Below, piece after piece: positions 58,104-58,804 of a DNA stretch of 58,804 bases. The position numbers and the translations under genes are program-made. The DNA is from Limnohabitans sp. (GTDB taxonomy: Bacteria > Pseudomonadota > Gammaproteobacteria > Burkholderiales > Burkholderiaceae_C). The notes below the pieces were generated by a model. The model had not been told where the DNA came from, searched no databases, and saw only the letters and a program-made list of their open reading frames with translations. The DNA is taken from positions 1-58,804 of the forward strand of contig JAHECM010000002.1 in NCBI GenBank assembly GCA_024641725.1. Direction: 5' to 3'. The first letter of the stretch is position 1. Every line of letters begins with the position of its first letter.

Positions 58104-58804
58104 ATGTCGTCCAATCTCCACCCCATGCTCAACGTGGCCATCAAGGCCGCGCGCGCCGCTGGCGCGATCATCAACCGCGCCGCGCTCGATGTCGAATCCG
58201 TGCGCATCTCGCAAAAGCAGGTCAACGACTTCGTGACCGAGGTGGACCACGCCAGTGAAGCCGTCATCATCGAGACCTTGCTCACCGCCTACCCTGACCA
58301 CGGCATCTTGGCCGAAGAGTCGGGCAGCACGCACGGTAACCCGGGCGCTGACCACATCTGGATCATCGACCCCTTGGACGGCACCACCAACTTCATCCAC
58401 GGATTCCCGGTTTATTGCGTCAGCATTGCCCTGCAAGTGCGCGGCAAGATCGAGCAAGCCGTCATTTACGACCCCAGCCGCAACGACCTGTTCACCGCCA
58501 CCAAAGGCCGTGGCGCCTTCATGAACGACCGCCGCCTGCGCGTGAGCAAGCGCATCCGTTTGCAAGAGTGCCTGATCTCCACCGGTTTCCCCTTCCGCAA
58601 GGGCGACAACTTCAACCAGTACCTGCGCATGATGGGCGACGTGATGCAGCGCACCGCTGGCCTGCGCCGCCCAGGTTCTGCCGCACTCGATCTGGCCTAC
58701 GTGGCCGCAGGCTTCACCGACGGTTTCTTTGAAACCGGCTTGTCCCCTTGGGACGTGGCCGCAGGATCTTTGCTGGTCACCGAAGCCGGTGGCCTGATCG
58801 GCAA
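58104..58804 (+). CDS. suhB: Inositol monophosphatase SuhB (runs off the 3' end; absent from ORF track)
   Basis: Manual translation [20 protein letters not shown]...DFVTEVD...[12 protein letters not shown]...[14 protein letters not shown]...PWDVAAG. Confidence 0.96.
   Translation, partial: MSSNLHPMLNVAIKAARAAGAIINRAALDVESVRISQKQVNDFVTEVDHASEAVIIETLLTAYPDHGILAEESGSTHGNPGADHIWIIDPLDGTTNFIHGFPVYCVSIALQVRGKIEQAVIYDPSRNDLFTATKGRGAFMNDRRLRVSKRIRLQECLISTGFPFRKGDNFNQYLRMMGDVMQRTAGLRRPGSAALDLAYVAAGFTDGFFETGLSPWDVAAGSLLVTEAGGLIG

Overview
Betaproteobacterial chromosomal window; gene content resembles Comamonadaceae such as Limnohabitans (inference). About 39 kb (4.5-43.2 kb) is a phosphorus-starvation supercluster: phoRBU-pstBACS, a C-P lyase region (phnGHIJ-GNAT-phnKLM, phnCDE, PhnZ-like HD enzyme, DUF1045, phnN), polyphosphate genes (ppk1, ppk2, ppx, with sixA alongside) and P-free lipid remodelling genes (olsB-like, plcP-like, two GT4, ugd, lplT). 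Eleven Pho-box-like 11-bp-period repeats mark the promoters, most with a -10-like hexamer exactly 10 bp downstream. The most novel candidates are: (1) a Pho-box-preceded SiaB-SiaC partner switch whose output is a class III adenylate cyclase instead of the SiaD diguanylate cyclase, and whose phosphatase has cytoplasmic CBS-like domains; (2) an uncharacterised trio of Mpo1/DUF962-like protein, membrane-anchored class III aminotransferase and PSD-like decarboxylase; (3) a ~1380-aa, 17-repeat protein with no Sec signal behind a consensus sigma28 promoter; (4) a decayed phnF repressor remnant with its putative operator still in place. The flanks are housekeeping genes (rho, L31, TRAP, dnaG, cysE, trmJ, suhB). 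No rRNA, tRNA, CRISPR array or transposase was seen. All family calls come from motif recognition by eye, not database searches.
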